Below are positions 49,324 to 62,042 of a DNA stretch of 64,000 nucleotides, in pieces. The stretch spans positions 2,400,001 to 2,464,000 of the forward strand of contig CAXXQS010000001.1 in the NCBI GenBank assembly GCA_963674735.2, written 5' to 3'. This stretch comes from Myxococcota bacterium. Its GTDB lineage: Bacteria > Myxococcota_A > SURF-8. How positions within the stretch are numbered: position 1 is the stretch's first letter; each line of letters starts with the position of its first letter. The translations under genes and the position numbers were made by a program. The notes under the pieces are model-generated. The model did no database searches, was not told the origin of the DNA, and worked only from the letters and a program-made list of their open reading frames with translations.

Positions 49324-50925
49324 TTACATTCCGAGAGAGCGATCCCCCATATCCACAAGTTCCGGAAATTGATCCTTTACGTCCAGAATCTGTGTGAGAG
49401 CGGATCGAAACGCATCATAAACGATTGGATCGAAATGTTTGCTGTTGTCTTTTTTCAGGATGCCAAGTGCCTCATCTACGGAAAAAGCCGGTTTATAGAC
49501 ACGCTTGGTGGTCAGCGCGTCGAAAACATCGGTAATCGCCACGATACGCGCTTCGATCGGAATATCGTTTCCCTCAAGCCCATGGGGATACCCGCTGCCA
49601 TCGAACTTTTCATGGTGACACAACGCGATGCGCTCCGACATCTGCAGAACCTTCGAGCTCGAATCCCGCAGAATGCTGACCCCGATCAAGGTATGTTCCT
49701 TCATCACCTCATACTCTTCGGGGGTCAATCGTCCCCGCTTGAGCAGAATGGAATCGGGGATACCGATTTTTCCCACGTCGTGCATGGTGGACGAGAGCTG
49801 GATCAATGAACACATCTCGATATCCAACCCCAGTTCCCGAGCGACTATATAGGAATAATTGCTCATACGATGGAGATGCGCGGCCGTATCTTCGTCACGA
49901 TATTCCGCCGCCTTCGCCAAGCGGAAGATGGTTTCGGCCTGCGCCTGGCTGAGGTTCTCGTTGACGTCCTTCAGGTCACCCAACGCACGCTGCAACTCTG
50001 CCGTGCGCATATCGACTTCCCGCTCCAGCCGGGTGTTGTAGTCTTTCATCTGCATTTCGTAACCCAGCCGCTGAGACACGATCATCAGCAGGCGCACGGC
50101 TTCTTCCTGCAGGTCTTCTCCGGCGCCGAAGGCATGCACCGCCCCCAATGTCCGACCCGCCGCCGAGATCAACGGCACCCCGATGTATCCCGAATACAGG
50201 CCGTAGCGTTCCAGCATGTCCCGCTGGCTGCTCCGAATGAACAGCGTTTCGCCGTTCTCCATCACTTGACGCACGGCGTTCAGTTTATCGTGGTGTTCCT
50301 GCTGCCAGATTTCATCGGTGAGATTGTAACTGGCATCGATTTCGTATTTGTCCCCATGCCAGAACGTGACCGCTGCGCTCTCCGCTCCGATCAGGTCGGC
50401 CGCTCGGCGGCAGAACTCGGCCAAAAGCACGCTGCGGTCGGAAAAGCGTTTTTCGAATGTGCTGATCTCGAACAGGCTGGTCAGAATCCCTTTCAGGTTA
50501 AGCACCTGGTCGTTCAGTAGCTTGGTTCGAATCAGCGAGCGGGTACGCGCCAGCAGTTCGTGGCGATTGACCGGCTTGGTAAGGAAGTCATCCGCTCCCG
50601 CTTGAATCCCCTTGACTTTGTCCTCGATACGATCGAGTGCGGTAACCATAACGATCGGGATAAGGCGGGTCGACTCTTTCTGCTTGATCTGCCGACAAAC
50701 CTCGAAACCATCGATTTTGGGCATCATCACATCGAGCAGGATGAGATCGGGTGGATCGGCCCAGACTTTGGCCAGCGCTTCTTCCCCATCATAGGCCGTT
50801 TCCGTTTGGAAACCCGTGGCCGCCAGATGTGCTTCCAGCAACTTGACGTTTTTCGCCAAATCATCCACGATCAAAATTGTCGGAGTATTGGGCATACGAT
50901 TCCTCGGTTGCAGCTGTTCCATCAC
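49324..50925 (-). CDS. REC-GAF-HD-GYP cyclic di-GMP phosphodiesterase
   Basis: Receiver DLILLDVMMP; EYRDEDT..H..R, HDVGKIGIPD, HHEKFDGSGYP, DVFDAL...R.YK. Start may be MPNT at 50895. Confidence 0.92.
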   Translation of the reverse strand: MMEQLQPRNRMPNTPTILIVDDLAKNVKLLEAHLAATGFQTETAYDGEEALAKVWADPPDLILLDVMMPKIDGFEVCRQIKQKESTRLIPIVMVTALDRIEDKVKGIQAGADDFLTKPVNRHELLARTRSLIRTKLLNDQVLNLKGILTSLFEISTFEKRFSDRSVLLAEFCRRAADLIGAESAAVTFWHGDKYEIDASYNLTDEIWQQEHHDKLNAVRQVMENGETLFIRSSQRDMLERYGLYSGYIGVPLISAAGRTLGAVHAFGAGEDLQEEAVRLLMIVSQRLGYEMQMKDYNTRLEREVDMRTAELQRALGDLKDVNENLSQAQAETIFRLAKAAEYRDEDTAAHLHRMSNYSYIVARELGLDIEMCSLIQLSSTMHDVGKIGIPDSILLKRGRLTPEEYEVMKEHTLIGVSILRDSSSKVLQMSERIALCHHEKFDGSGYPHGLEGNDIPIEARIVAITDVFDALTTKRVYKPAFSVDEALGILKKDNSKHFDPIVYDAFRSALTQILDVKDQFPELVDMGDRSLGM

Positions 50926-51020
50926 AGATCATCGAGCCGACATTAAGTCACTTATTCTATAATTATCGCGTATTTCGAAAGCCCGGTCAAGGATACCGCG
51001 CCCGGAAATCCCATCTCGCC

Positions 51021-52202
51021 TCAGAAGAAAGCCAGAATGACGTCGTCGGCGATCAACACGGCCGATTCGGCCAGACGTATCGTCAGATCCGCCCCCGTTC
51101 CCTCCGTCACCAGCAAACCGTCGACAACCAGCTTTGAAATGACATCGCCATAACGTAGCGACAAATCAAACCCGGTTCTTTCACGAAATTCCCAGGCGGT
51201 AATCCCGTAGAGACGCCGCAGACCGGTCATGATGGTTTCTCGGGCCAGGGTGTCCGGTCCCAAGGATTCGGCAAACCCGACCGGGGATTCGCCCACTCCC
51301 ACACGCTCAAGATACGCCGCCACATCCCGAATGTTTTCCGAACGCTTCCCCAAACTATCGAAACCGGGGGGACGATAAGAGTGCGCACCCGGCCCCAAGC
51401 CAAGATAGGGAGCCCCACTCCAATAAAGGCCGTTGTGACGAGCGCGCCGGTCCGGTCGGGCGTAATTGGAGATTTCGTAGTGCTCGTAGCCTTCTTGCTG
51501 CAAAATGTCCTGCACCCGTTTGAATTGCGCCACCGCCTCCGAATCCGGCCGCGTCAGAATCTCACCCGCCGCCGCCCGACGACCAAACGCCGTTTCCGTC
51601 TCGATGCCGAGTAGATAGGCCGAAACATGTTCGGGCCGATGATGCACAATCGCGGCCAGATCGTGCTCCAATTCCGCCCGCCCCAAAGGGCGCGACGCCA
51701 GGATCAGGTCGAGGCTCAGATTGTCGAAACCGGCCGCGCGTGCGGCTTCGATGGCGACATGGGCCTGCTGCGCGTCGTGCACTCGGCCCAGAAACCGTAA
51801 TACTTCATCGCTGAAGCTCTGGATACCGATGGAAAGACGATTGACGCCCAGGGAGCGGGCCGCCGACAGAAAATCCGGCAATGCACTGGAGGGATTGACT
51901 TCCACGGTGATTTCCGCCCTGGCGAGGTCGTGCTCTCTCGCCACGGCTTCCAGCAGTCGCTCCAACGTAGCCGGTTGCATCAGGGAAGGCGTTCCCCCAC
52001 CCACATACACCGACATCAACCGCGTATTCTCCAACGCCGAGCGACGTTGATCCCATTCCGCAAGCAGGGCCGCTTCCATCGCCGCATGCGGAATAGCCCC
52101 GGCTACCGAATTGAAATCGCAATAGGGGCATTTCCGCTCGCAGAACGGCCAATGGATGTACAGTCCCGCTTCGACATTTTTCGCTGTTTCGTATTCCTTC
52201 AT
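51021..52202 (-). CDS. hemW: Radical SAM heme chaperone HemW (HemN-like)
   Basis: LYIHWPFCERKCPYCDFNS, GGGTPS, YEISNYA, HNGLYW, YLGLGPGAHS. Confidence 0.9.
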   Translation of the reverse strand: MKEYETAKNVEAGLYIHWPFCERKCPYCDFNSVAGAIPHAAMEAALLAEWDQRRSALENTRLMSVYVGGGTPSLMQPATLERLLEAVAREHDLARAEITVEVNPSSALPDFLSAARSLGVNRLSIGIQSFSDEVLRFLGRVHDAQQAHVAIEAARAAGFDNLSLDLILASRPLGRAELEHDLAAIVHHRPEHVSAYLLGIETETAFGRRAAAGEILTRPDSEAVAQFKRVQDILQQEGYEHYEISNYARPDRRARHNGLYWSGAPYLGLGPGAHSYRPPGFDSLGKRSENIRDVAAYLERVGVGESPVGFAESLGPDTLARETIMTGLRRLYGITAWEFRERTGFDLSLRYGDVISKLVVDGLLVTEGTGADLTIRLAESAVLIADDVILAFF

Positions 52203-52324
52203 CCGGCCAGCATAATCCCGCCAGCCGAAAGTGCAACGTCTTTCTTCACACTCTATCATTGACTCCATGAAAGTTATCGGGCTAGCATAGCGGTTGTCCT
52301 CTATTTGCATCAACGAGGTTTCGA

Positions 52325-54076
52325 ATGAAAGTCGCGTCGTGGATTCTCGGGTTCGGCTACTTCGTGGCGGCGGTCGTGCTATCCGCCTGCGGCGGTGGCG
52401 AAGAAATTCAGATCGATGGCTCCAACACCTATTGCCCCGAAGAACGACAAATCTGCAGTGATATGATCCTCTTGCGTTGCGAAGATGGTAAATGGGTTCC
52501 CCAGGTCGACTGCAGCGAGAAAAACGAAATCTGCCTGAACGGCGCGTGCCAGGCCAAAGCCGCCAACGTGTTTGAGGTCGCCACCTACACCATCAGCGAC
52601 GACCTCGACCCGATCGACATCGACACCGGAGAAAACGGCGCGGATGTCATCGTAATTGCGCAGGATCTCTCTACCACCAGTGAAACGGTCAGCTACAGCT
52701 TGTCCACCACCAACCAACCCCCGATGCCGCTGATGGCCAAAACGTCCATCGTCACCCCCGCCACCGACGCGCCATTCGGCTCGCGTCGTTTTCGCTATCA
52801 ACGCGACAACGCCATGCGCGAACGGGACCGCCTGATTTTCAATCGCAACCGGTACCACAACCCGAAACCGAAACCCGTTCTCAAAGAAAGCCAATGCCAG
52901 TTGAGTTGGGATTGCGACGAGGAAAGCGTATGTGAACAGGGAACCTGCCAATCTCGGATCAACCTCCATTTCTCGGCCTGGACGATCTTCACCGAGGTGA
53001 CGGCCACCGTGCTCGCCAAAGGCCACAGCTGTACCCTGCTCATCGACGAACGCAGCCCCCTTCCCGGCGACTGGACCTGGGAGCTTTTACAAAGCTGTGA
53101 GCATCTGGTCGAACGTGGACGCGATTTCTTTTCTCAGCCGAGCGATATCGACTCCGCCAATCCCCACCCCAGCGACCGCAATCGCGACGGGCAACTGCAA
53201 GTGCTCATCAGCTCGTATGTCAACGACGAAGGCGTGTGGGGCTTTTTCTCGTCGGCCGACTTCTGGCCGGACGACGATCCGCAGTACCCCTCGAACGAGC
53301 GCGACATGATCTACGTCTCGATCCCGACTACCGAAGCCGAACTTCCGAGTATCAAAGCCACCTTGATCCATGAATACCAACACCTGCTGCACTTCACCGG
53401 CCACACCTGGACACGTTGGGAAAACGGCGATGAAGATGCCGCCTACGCCCCGGTCTGGCTGGATGAAGCCATGGCGCATCTGGCAGAGGAAGTCAGCGGA
53501 TACGGAGTGGACAATCCCGAACTGGTTAGCGACTTCCTGGCGGTTTTCGACCGAATCAGCCTCGCTTTCGACGCCGACACCCTGAACCAACGCGCCATGG
53601 GCATGTTGCTGATGATGTATCTGTTCGAACAGCAGGGCGGCATGCATTTCGAACGTTCCGAGATGATCGACGACGGTGGGGCGGCTTTCTTACGGAATAT
53701 CGTGTTTTCCGAATTGAACGGTTTCGATGCCGTAGAAGAAGCGGCCGGAGAAAGCTTCGACACCTTTTTCGCCGATTGGCTGGTCACCGTGATGATAGAC
53801 GGCACGAACACCACCGGCGAACCGCGATACAATTACAATGAATTGATGGTGGACCCCTACTCCGACTTCGAAATCGGGGTGGTAACGAATGGCACGCGCA
53901 GCCTGCCCGGGGGACGCAGAATCACGTTGAACGGCCCTGCTTTCACCACCGAACTCAGTGGCGCGATCCCCACCTTCGGGGCCGCCTATCACCATCTGGG
54001 CTACCTGTTCGGCCACACACCGCTCTATGTGGATGCTCCCAGCGAAAACTTTACCATCACCGTCCTGCTCAAATGA
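52325..54076 (+). CDS. Lipoprotein zinc metallopeptidase (M30-like/gluzincin)
   Basis: Lipobox LSAC; Cys-rich modules; TLIHEYQHL...WLDEAMAH. Confidence 0.75.
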   Translation: MKVASWILGFGYFVAAVVLSACGGGEEIQIDGSNTYCPEERQICSDMILLRCEDGKWVPQVDCSEKNEICLNGACQAKAANVFEVATYTISDDLDPIDIDTGENGADVIVIAQDLSTTSETVSYSLSTTNQPPMPLMAKTSIVTPATDAPFGSRRFRYQRDNAMRERDRLIFNRNRYHNPKPKPVLKESQCQLSWDCDEESVCEQGTCQSRINLHFSAWTIFTEVTATVLAKGHSCTLLIDERSPLPGDWTWELLQSCEHLVERGRDFFSQPSDIDSANPHPSDRNRDGQLQVLISSYVNDEGVWGFFSSADFWPDDDPQYPSNERDMIYVSIPTTEAELPSIKATLIHEYQHLLHFTGHTWTRWENGDEDAAYAPVWLDEAMAHLAEEVSGYGVDNPELVSDFLAVFDRISLAFDADTLNQRAMGMLLMMYLFEQQGGMHFERSEMIDDGGAAFLRNIVFSELNGFDAVEEAAGESFDTFFADWLVTVMIDGTNTTGEPRYNYNELMVDPYSDFEIGVVTNGTRSLPGGRRITLNGPAFTTELSGAIPTFGAAYHHLGYLFGHTPLYVDAPSENFTITVLLK

Positions 54077-54122
54077 AAACGGCGACCCGCAGGCCGCCGT
54101 CCAATACATGTGGTCGAGTCGA

Positions 54123-55427
<1,305 letters not shown>

Positions 55428-55503
55428 TCAAAAAAACGACCCCGATAGCCTTAGACGATGCGGGGGTGAAAGTCAACTGAAAGCCCTGAAAACCGGCTAT
55501 TTT

Positions 55504-56562
55504 TCACCCCTCCAAAATTCGCCGATAAAGATCGACGACCTTCGGCCCCCAAACCTGCAGGGAATACTCGCGCTCGACTTTCTGGCGAGCAATGCGACCG
55601 ATATGTACACGCCGCTCCAAGTTATCGGCCAAACCGCGCAAAATGCGGAACCAGTCATCGGGCCCCTTGGCCAAGCAGCCGTTGGAACCGTGGTTGATGA
55701 TATCGGCATTGACGCCCACCGGCGACGCCACCGCCGTCCGCCCGGCCGCCATGTATTGCAACAGTTTGGCGGCGCATTTTCCGCGCGCCCATTCCGTATC
55801 CGGCAACGGCATCACCCCGATATCCAGGTCGGCGATGGCCTCGGCTTCCGCCTCTTCACTCCAGCGCACGTAACGGACCGGAACACCGGGCAAAATAGCC
55901 GAACGCGAGCTGATGATCCGGAATTCGATATTGGTACGCGCCGCCAGCCGAACCAGCGGTTCTCGAATTTCTTTCAAATATTTCATGGTGCTGGGGAGTC
56001 CCACCCACCCGATTCGAAGCGGACCGTCATGCCGGACGACGGGATGTATCGGATAGCGCGCTACATCGATCACCGTCGGTACAATGGAGACTTCCGGGTT
56101 GGCCAACCGAGCGAAATCGGCCAGAAAACGATTCCCGACAATGACATGTTCGGCTTTTGCCAGAACACGTAGGATTTTCTCCCGATGCAGCGGGGTCAGA
56201 TAAATGGCGTCGTCGAACTCCACCACCACTTTGCGCTTAAAGGTGAACAGCAACTCTTCCAGAAGCCCCTGCTCGTAAGGAAAGAGTTGATTTTCCACCA
56301 CAATCAAATCCGCTTCACGCGCTTCGGGCAACTGAACCAAGCGCCGAGCCAGACTGGTCGCACTGATCAAAGCTTTGGCGGTCTGCCGGATCGGCGAGCG
56401 CGCCCGCCCCCAACGATAGTACGATTCGGGAAACAACGGCCGCACCGTAACTTCAAAGCCCGCCTCTTCGAAATAGGGCAGGTATTGCAGGAAGCGATAA
56501 CGGCTGGCCGGATTGACCGCGACACCCTTGGTAAAAAACAGAATGCGGCCTGCTGCGCTCAT
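55504..56562 (-). CDS. Glycosyltransferase family 4
   Basis: ASRYR..QY, FDDAIY, IGWVG, GKCAAKLLQYMAAG, SPVGVN; ATGA overlap with the upstream GT. Confidence 0.88.
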   Translation of the reverse strand: MSAAGRILFFTKGVAVNPASRYRFLQYLPYFEEAGFEVTVRPLFPESYYRWGRARSPIRQTAKALISATSLARRLVQLPEAREADLIVVENQLFPYEQGLLEELLFTFKRKVVVEFDDAIYLTPLHREKILRVLAKAEHVIVGNRFLADFARLANPEVSIVPTVIDVARYPIHPVVRHDGPLRIGWVGLPSTMKYLKEIREPLVRLAARTNIEFRIISSRSAILPGVPVRYVRWSEEAEAEAIADLDIGVMPLPDTEWARGKCAAKLLQYMAAGRTAVASPVGVNADIINHGSNGCLAKGPDDWFRILRGLADNLERRVHIGRIARQKVEREYSLQVWGPKVVDLYRRILEG

Positions 56563-57761
56563 AATTCTTCGGCTTCTTCCGGTAGCTTGGCTCGTTTGGG
56601 GAAAAATTCCAGGTACGAATTGACCAAACGGCGGGAGAGCTTCTCGGCGTCGTACTGTTGGCGCAGGCGGCGCGCTTCCGACGAGGCGTGCTCGACGTTC
56701 ATCGATAACGACTGGGTCAGCGCCGCCTTTAATTCGGCCGAGCCGGATTGGTTGAACAGCACCGCACAGGCCGAATTGACCACCTCGGGAATCGAACCTA
56801 CCGCCGGGGCGACGATCGGCTTGCCGAAACTGAGCGCCAGCATCAGCGAACCGGAATTGAGGACATCCTTGTAAGGCATGACCGCGATGTCTGCCGCCTG
56901 CATGTAATATTGAACATCGTCGCTCGGCACATAGCGTAAATAGGCGTGCACGTTGTCGTATCGCTGGCACAAGCCTTCGATCGTCGCCGCATAATGCTTG
57001 TTGGAAGGACTGCCGGCCACAATCAAGGTGTGCTCGCGCAAGGGATGCTTGCCGAACAGGGGAATCAGATCGGTCAGGCCTTTATAGGGGTGAATCCCGC
57101 CGAAGCAAATGAATACACGCCCTTTGGGTTTGATGCCCAGATAGTCCAGCGCCTGGCGACGCGAAACCTGCTTGGGGTAGTAGTCGCCGAAATCGTGATG
57201 CGGAATGTGCAGCACCTTGCGATCGGGCATTTCGGGATAGCGTTTTTTCAACAATTCCCGTGTGGCCATGGACGGACAGATGATGCGGTCGGCCTGATGG
57301 AACATCCAGCGGCGCCCCACCCGTTCGAGCCACTCGGAGGTATAAGCTCCCTTCGGCTCGTTGTAGAGCGTCCAGAAAATCCGCATTCGCAGACGTTTGG
57401 CCAACCATAGCTTCGACATACGGCGGCTGAAATGCTGGAGTTGACGAAGAAGCTGAGGCGAGTTAAACGGGCTCTGATATTCGCGAATGTTGAAGACATG
57501 CAGAATGTCGTGAGAAAGCGCCTGGGTGAGCACTTCTTTCGATTCCAGTTCGTGCAGCATCGTAACACGACCGCCCAAACGTTCGATCAACTGCCGCGTC
57601 ACGACCAGATACGGATTCTGCTCGGCAGCCGGATACATCAGAACGCGAATGGTCGGACGCTCACGGCGCAACACCGCCAAACGTTCTCGAACCATACCGC
57701 CGAGCACCCGCTCGGCGAAGCCCTTTGAATTATCGGGCGTGCCGTTCGCACCTTCGGGCAT
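56559..57761 (-). CDS. Glycosyltransferase family 4
   Basis: NPY, FGGIHPYKG, AADIAVMPY...NSGSLMLALSFGKP. Confidence 0.88.
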   Translation of the reverse strand: MPEGANGTPDNSKGFAERVLGGMVRERLAVLRRERPTIRVLMYPAAEQNPYLVVTRQLIERLGGRVTMLHELESKEVLTQALSHDILHVFNIREYQSPFNSPQLLRQLQHFSRRMSKLWLAKRLRMRIFWTLYNEPKGAYTSEWLERVGRRWMFHQADRIICPSMATRELLKKRYPEMPDRKVLHIPHHDFGDYYPKQVSRRQALDYLGIKPKGRVFICFGGIHPYKGLTDLIPLFGKHPLREHTLIVAGSPSNKHYAATIEGLCQRYDNVHAYLRYVPSDDVQYYMQAADIAVMPYKDVLNSGSLMLALSFGKPIVAPAVGSIPEVVNSACAVLFNQSGSAELKAALTQSLSMNVEHASSEARRLRQQYDAEKLSRRLVNSYLEFFPKRAKLPEEAEEL

Positions 57762-57795
57762 GATGTCCCCTCCCCTGTTCGATCAAAACCGCCGT

Positions 57796-59790
57796 CTACA
57801 GATCACGCAGCGCCAGATAACCTTTTCGGATCGCGGTGGCCGCATCTTTGACCTCGGTCACATCGCCGACCTTCACCGTCTCCGAAACCAGATCGGAAAC
57901 CGGCCCCAGGTTGTCGTCCGGCTGCATCCCGGCGGCCAGCAGGACCGAATCGGCCGGAATCACCTGAACCCGACCATCTTGCGACTGCACGTGCACGCCC
58001 TCATCGTCGATTTTGACGGCCTTCGACTGGGGCAGCAAAGCAACGCCGCTTTCGTTAAGCTCTTTGAGCGCCACCCACTTGGTGCTCTTCCCGATGCCAC
58101 CGCCGATTTTGGGCAGCAACTCGACAATGGTAACCGTTTTATTGCCATGCCACAAGAGGTCGCGAATTACTTCCGGCTTTTCGGCGTCGTGCCGCAGCAG
58201 GAAGGCCGCCGCCTCGGGGGCCAACGTCCCGATATGAGCGCAATACAAAGCGGATTCTACGCCGATGGGCCCGCCGCCGATGACGACCACTCGCTCACCG
58301 ACTTCCGCTTGGCCGACCAAAACCTTCATCGCATCGACCACCTTGGGATGATCGATCCCCTCGATGGGAGGCGCGAGGGGCTTGCCGCCGGTCGCGACCA
58401 CTACCAGATCGGGCTTGCGCCGCGCGATCTCGTCCGCATCGCCCGTCACGTCGCATTCGATGGAAGCCCCGGCCATACGCGCCCGTTTTTCCAACATCGG
58501 AATAAGCTGTTTCCATTCTTCTTTGCCGGGAGCAGCGGCGGCGGCGGGGATCTGCCCTCCGAGTTGCGCCTGTCGCTCGATAAGGGTCACGGCATGTCCC
58601 CGACGGGCGGCCGTAGCGGCGGCGGACAAACCCGCCGGTCCTCCTCCGATCACCAGAACGGACTTCTTCTGCTCGGCAAGTGTAAGCGGTTGTTCTTCCT
58701 CACCCGCTTCCGGATTCACCAGACAACTGACCGGCTTGAGTTGGAAAACATTATCCAGGCACTCCTGATTGCAGGAGATGCAATGCAAGATTTCATCCGC
58801 CCGGCCTTCGCGCGCCTTGTTCGGCCATTCGGGATCGGCAATCAGGCCGCGCCCGACGCTGATCATGTCGCACCAGCCTTCTTGAAGCAGTTTCTCGGCC
58901 AGATCCGGTGTCGTGATGCGATTGGAGGCGGCCACGGGAACATCGACGAGTTTTTTGACGTTGCGGCCCAAGTAGGCATATCCCGCGCGCGGCAGGTTGG
59001 CGGTGATTTGCGGAATCCGCGACTCATGCCAGCCGCCGGTGACGTTGAACATCCCCACACCCGATTCCTCGGCCACGACCTTGGCGAACTGGGCATTTTC
59101 CACGTTGGTGTTCGACCCCGGTACGAAGTCGTTCCCCGACAAACGGGCCGAAACCGGATAATCCGCTCCCACGGCGGCACGCACGGCTTTGAAGGTTTCG
59201 CGTCCGAAACGCATGCGGTTTTCCAGCGACCCGCCATAGTCGTCGCTGCGCTGGTTGGTTACCGGCGACAAAAACTGGTTAATGAGATAGCCGGCGGAGG
59301 AAATCACTTCCACCACGTCGAAACCGGCCTGTTTTACGCGTAGGGCGGCCGCCGCGAATTCTTCGATGGTTTCATCGATTTCCGCTTTGCTCATCTCGCG
59401 CGACATTTCGTGCGTCAACGGAGAGAGGGTCGCCGAAGCCGACGGGGCTTCTTTACCGCCCAGGAAGAAACTGTAGGTGTAGCGCCCGGCATGATAAAGC
59501 TGGCAGCCGCACAATCCACCCTCTTCGTGAATCATATCGGAAAACTCTTTGAGTCCGGGAATGAATTTATCGTGATTGATCCCGATCATGAACTCGGAGC
59601 CCGCTTCCGCCTCGGTCGGACATCCCCCGATTTGAATCAGCCCGCAGCCACCCCGCGCGCGCAACCGGTAAAACTCGATGAAGCGTTTGTTCATGAATCC
59701 ATCGGGCGTATAATTCATATGCATGGCGGGCATGACAAGACGATTGGGAACGGTGAGTGAACCGATTTTAACAGGCGTAAAAAGCAGCAT
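57796..59790 (-). CDS. fadH: NADH:flavin oxidoreductase / 2,4-dienoyl-CoA reductase (FadH-like)
   Basis: OYE barrel (QLYHAGR, GYLINQFLSP.TN.R.D.YGG), GWHESR, Fe-S motif CISCNQ.C, FAD motif GGGPAG. Confidence 0.8.
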   Translation of the reverse strand: MLLFTPVKIGSLTVPNRLVMPAMHMNYTPDGFMNKRFIEFYRLRARGGCGLIQIGGCPTEAEAGSEFMIGINHDKFIPGLKEFSDMIHEEGGLCGCQLYHAGRYTYSFFLGGKEAPSASATLSPLTHEMSREMSKAEIDETIEEFAAAALRVKQAGFDVVEVISSAGYLINQFLSPVTNQRSDDYGGSLENRMRFGRETFKAVRAAVGADYPVSARLSGNDFVPGSNTNVENAQFAKVVAEESGVGMFNVTGGWHESRIPQITANLPRAGYAYLGRNVKKLVDVPVAASNRITTPDLAEKLLQEGWCDMISVGRGLIADPEWPNKAREGRADEILHCISCNQECLDNVFQLKPVSCLVNPEAGEEEQPLTLAEQKKSVLVIGGGPAGLSAAATAARRGHAVTLIERQAQLGGQIPAAAAAPGKEEWKQLIPMLEKRARMAGASIECDVTGDADEIARRKPDLVVVATGGKPLAPPIEGIDHPKVVDAMKVLVGQAEVGERVVVIGGGPIGVESALYCAHIGTLAPEAAAFLLRHDAEKPEVIRDLLWHGNKTVTIVELLPKIGGGIGKSTKWVALKELNESGVALLPQSKAVKIDDEGVHVQSQDGRVQVIPADSVLLAAGMQPDDNLGPVSDLVSETVKVGDVTEVKDAATAIRKGYLALRDL

Positions 59791-59980
59791 GGATTGATAT
59801 CCTCCTGAAACCATAAGTGACGACTAGGAAAGCAGATTAGCACAGCGGCGAAGGGAAGTAAAGCACGTGACACGGGTCGAAAGCCGGTTGACAAACCCTG
59901 CCTGATTTTGTTAGAAATTAGAAGGTTTCATTTCGAAGAAACAATAATAACAGGCACTTAGCTAACCCAAAGGGATTTTC

Positions 59981-61693
59981 ATGCGTTGCATTGCTCATCC
60001 GCTCATTCTCATGCTGTCACTGTTCGCGCTTTTCACCTGTCTTTTCATCGGTTGCGGTGGAGAGGAAAACACGGATTCATTGGACACCGATGGTGACCAG
60101 GAAGAAAGCAGGCCCGACGGCGATAGCGATGACATCGACAGTGATGGCGATAGTGACGACGACGGCGAAGCCGTTGAAATCGAAGAAAGCAAACCGGACG
60201 GGTTACCCGAAGAATTGCCCATCAGCTTTACACGCGAGAATCCCGGCGCTGATATTCCCGCTGAAGAAGTGACCGCTTTCACCAAAAAGCTTCTGGGTTT
60301 CATGGCCAAGGTAGGATACCACGATTACCTGCTTCGCTCTACCCATGGCGTCCACGAAAGCACGGGTCTGCCGCCTTGGCGGCTGTGGTGGACAAGCAAC
60401 CATATCGAAAAAAGCGGCGACACGGTGTCATTCGTCTGCGACGAAACGACCGGTCCCGACTTTGCCGATGGCGGCCACAACCTGATGACCCGTTCGGCCA
60501 AGGTTCTGGCAAGCGCCATTTCGGGCTATCTGTACACGGGCGACGAACGCATGCGCCAGCTTACCGAGGGACTTTGCCGGGGAGTTACCGCCACCATGCG
60601 TGGCATGGTCTACGATGAAAACGACTCCATCGACCACCTCATGGCTCGTAACATCATTCCGCTGGATCACGATTACACCACCCACGACGGGCGGAAAAAG
60701 CAGGTTGATTACAGCAACTGGCGACGAGATGGCGATAATTGGAACTGCAAACGCTTCAACTACCCGAACAATCCCACTTGGGGTGATGTATGGATCACCA
60801 GCACGCGCAGCAAAGACGACGTCTCACGCGTGATGCGGGCCAATGTGTACATCCGATACGCCGCCGCTTACGCCGAAGACGCGAACGTGCGGGAAGCCTG
60901 TACCGAAACGGCCGACTATCTGCAACGTTTTGCGCAAGACATCGTCGACTCCGAGTATCATATCCGAACCAAAGACGCAGAAGGCACCGCCTACATCCCT
61001 CAGGGCGATCTGGCCAATTACATCACGTGGGAAGCGATGTGGCCGAACGCCGAGTGCAACGCGAAAAGCGCGGCCGCCCTCGTAGCCTATGGCAATCAGC
61101 AGGGCAACGACTGCGGAAAAGGCGGCGTGAACGACTTTGAGGTCGCCGCGATGAACAACAAGTACTTCAACTGCATGATTATCCGAAACTATCACCTCAG
61201 CCATCTGGCCCAAAGTCTCGCCGCCTGGGAGCTGGACGAGGCGATGCTTCTCTTGCAGGGACTGGTGGAACGCTACGAGCGCGCGCTGGATCTGCCCGAT
61301 GACGACCTGCCTACCGACCGCGATAGCTGGGAACGCGATATCGCCACCAGCATGCTGCAGGCTGCCGCGCTGGGATATCCGCTGACCGAAAGGGAAGCGC
61401 GCCACATAATGACCTATCTCGAACGCAGCATCGACATGGATCTACAGTGGCCGAACTGGGATTTCTGGGACGCCTCCGTCGCCGACGGCACCTACAACCC
61501 ACGCACTCCCGACCAGGGATCGGACGATGAAGGACAATACCTGCACTGGTTCCGCCCCGAAGACCTGGGTGAATTCCTCGATTACTGCTGGTCGCCGCTG
61601 AAAAACCCGGAGGGCATCGGTTTCATCGATTGCAGCCTAGTCAAAGATCCCAATGGCTGGGATCCGGCATGGGTCGAGGAAACCGAGCGGTAA
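59981..61693 (+). CDS. Hypothetical lipoprotein with DGD linker
   Basis: Lipobox FIGC; DGD repeats; Trp/Asp-rich globular body, family not recognised. Confidence 0.75.
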   Translation: MRCIAHPLILMLSLFALFTCLFIGCGGEENTDSLDTDGDQEESRPDGDSDDIDSDGDSDDDGEAVEIEESKPDGLPEELPISFTRENPGADIPAEEVTAFTKKLLGFMAKVGYHDYLLRSTHGVHESTGLPPWRLWWTSNHIEKSGDTVSFVCDETTGPDFADGGHNLMTRSAKVLASAISGYLYTGDERMRQLTEGLCRGVTATMRGMVYDENDSIDHLMARNIIPLDHDYTTHDGRKKQVDYSNWRRDGDNWNCKRFNYPNNPTWGDVWITSTRSKDDVSRVMRANVYIRYAAAYAEDANVREACTETADYLQRFAQDIVDSEYHIRTKDAEGTAYIPQGDLANYITWEAMWPNAECNAKSAAALVAYGNQQGNDCGKGGVNDFEVAAMNNKYFNCMIIRNYHLSHLAQSLAAWELDEAMLLLQGLVERYERALDLPDDDLPTDRDSWERDIATSMLQAAALGYPLTEREARHIMTYLERSIDMDLQWPNWDFWDASVADGTYNPRTPDQGSDDEGQYLHWFRPEDLGEFLDYCWSPLKNPEGIGFIDCSLVKDPNGWDPAWVEETER

Positions 61694-62042
61694 ACCCCGC
61701 CGTTACATTCGAAAACAACTCTTCGGCCAGCTCCCGCTCGACGCCAAATGCGTGGATGTCGCCGTTTTACGGACAGGCGTGATTAGGTGATAACGGTCAA
61801 CGGACCGATGATGACAGGCGAAAAAAACAGCATCGTCAGGTAACCTCCTGATAATCGATCCAATGATTGATTTCGCAGATTAACACCCCCAAACGAAGTA
61901 AAGTAGGCTGCAATATTCTTCTGCTCACGGTTGGACGTCAGAACTCACGCGCCCTTTTACCCTATCCAAATACGTTGACGTTTCGATGAAACATGGAATG
62001 ATTACACATGACAAGCCTCTCTTTGTACCACGGAGGTGACAG

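Noticed and set aside
55504-56970. 488-aa version of the GT4 gene
   Set aside because: The extension overlaps the upstream GT by about 400 bp; the coupled ATGA start at 56562 is more plausible.
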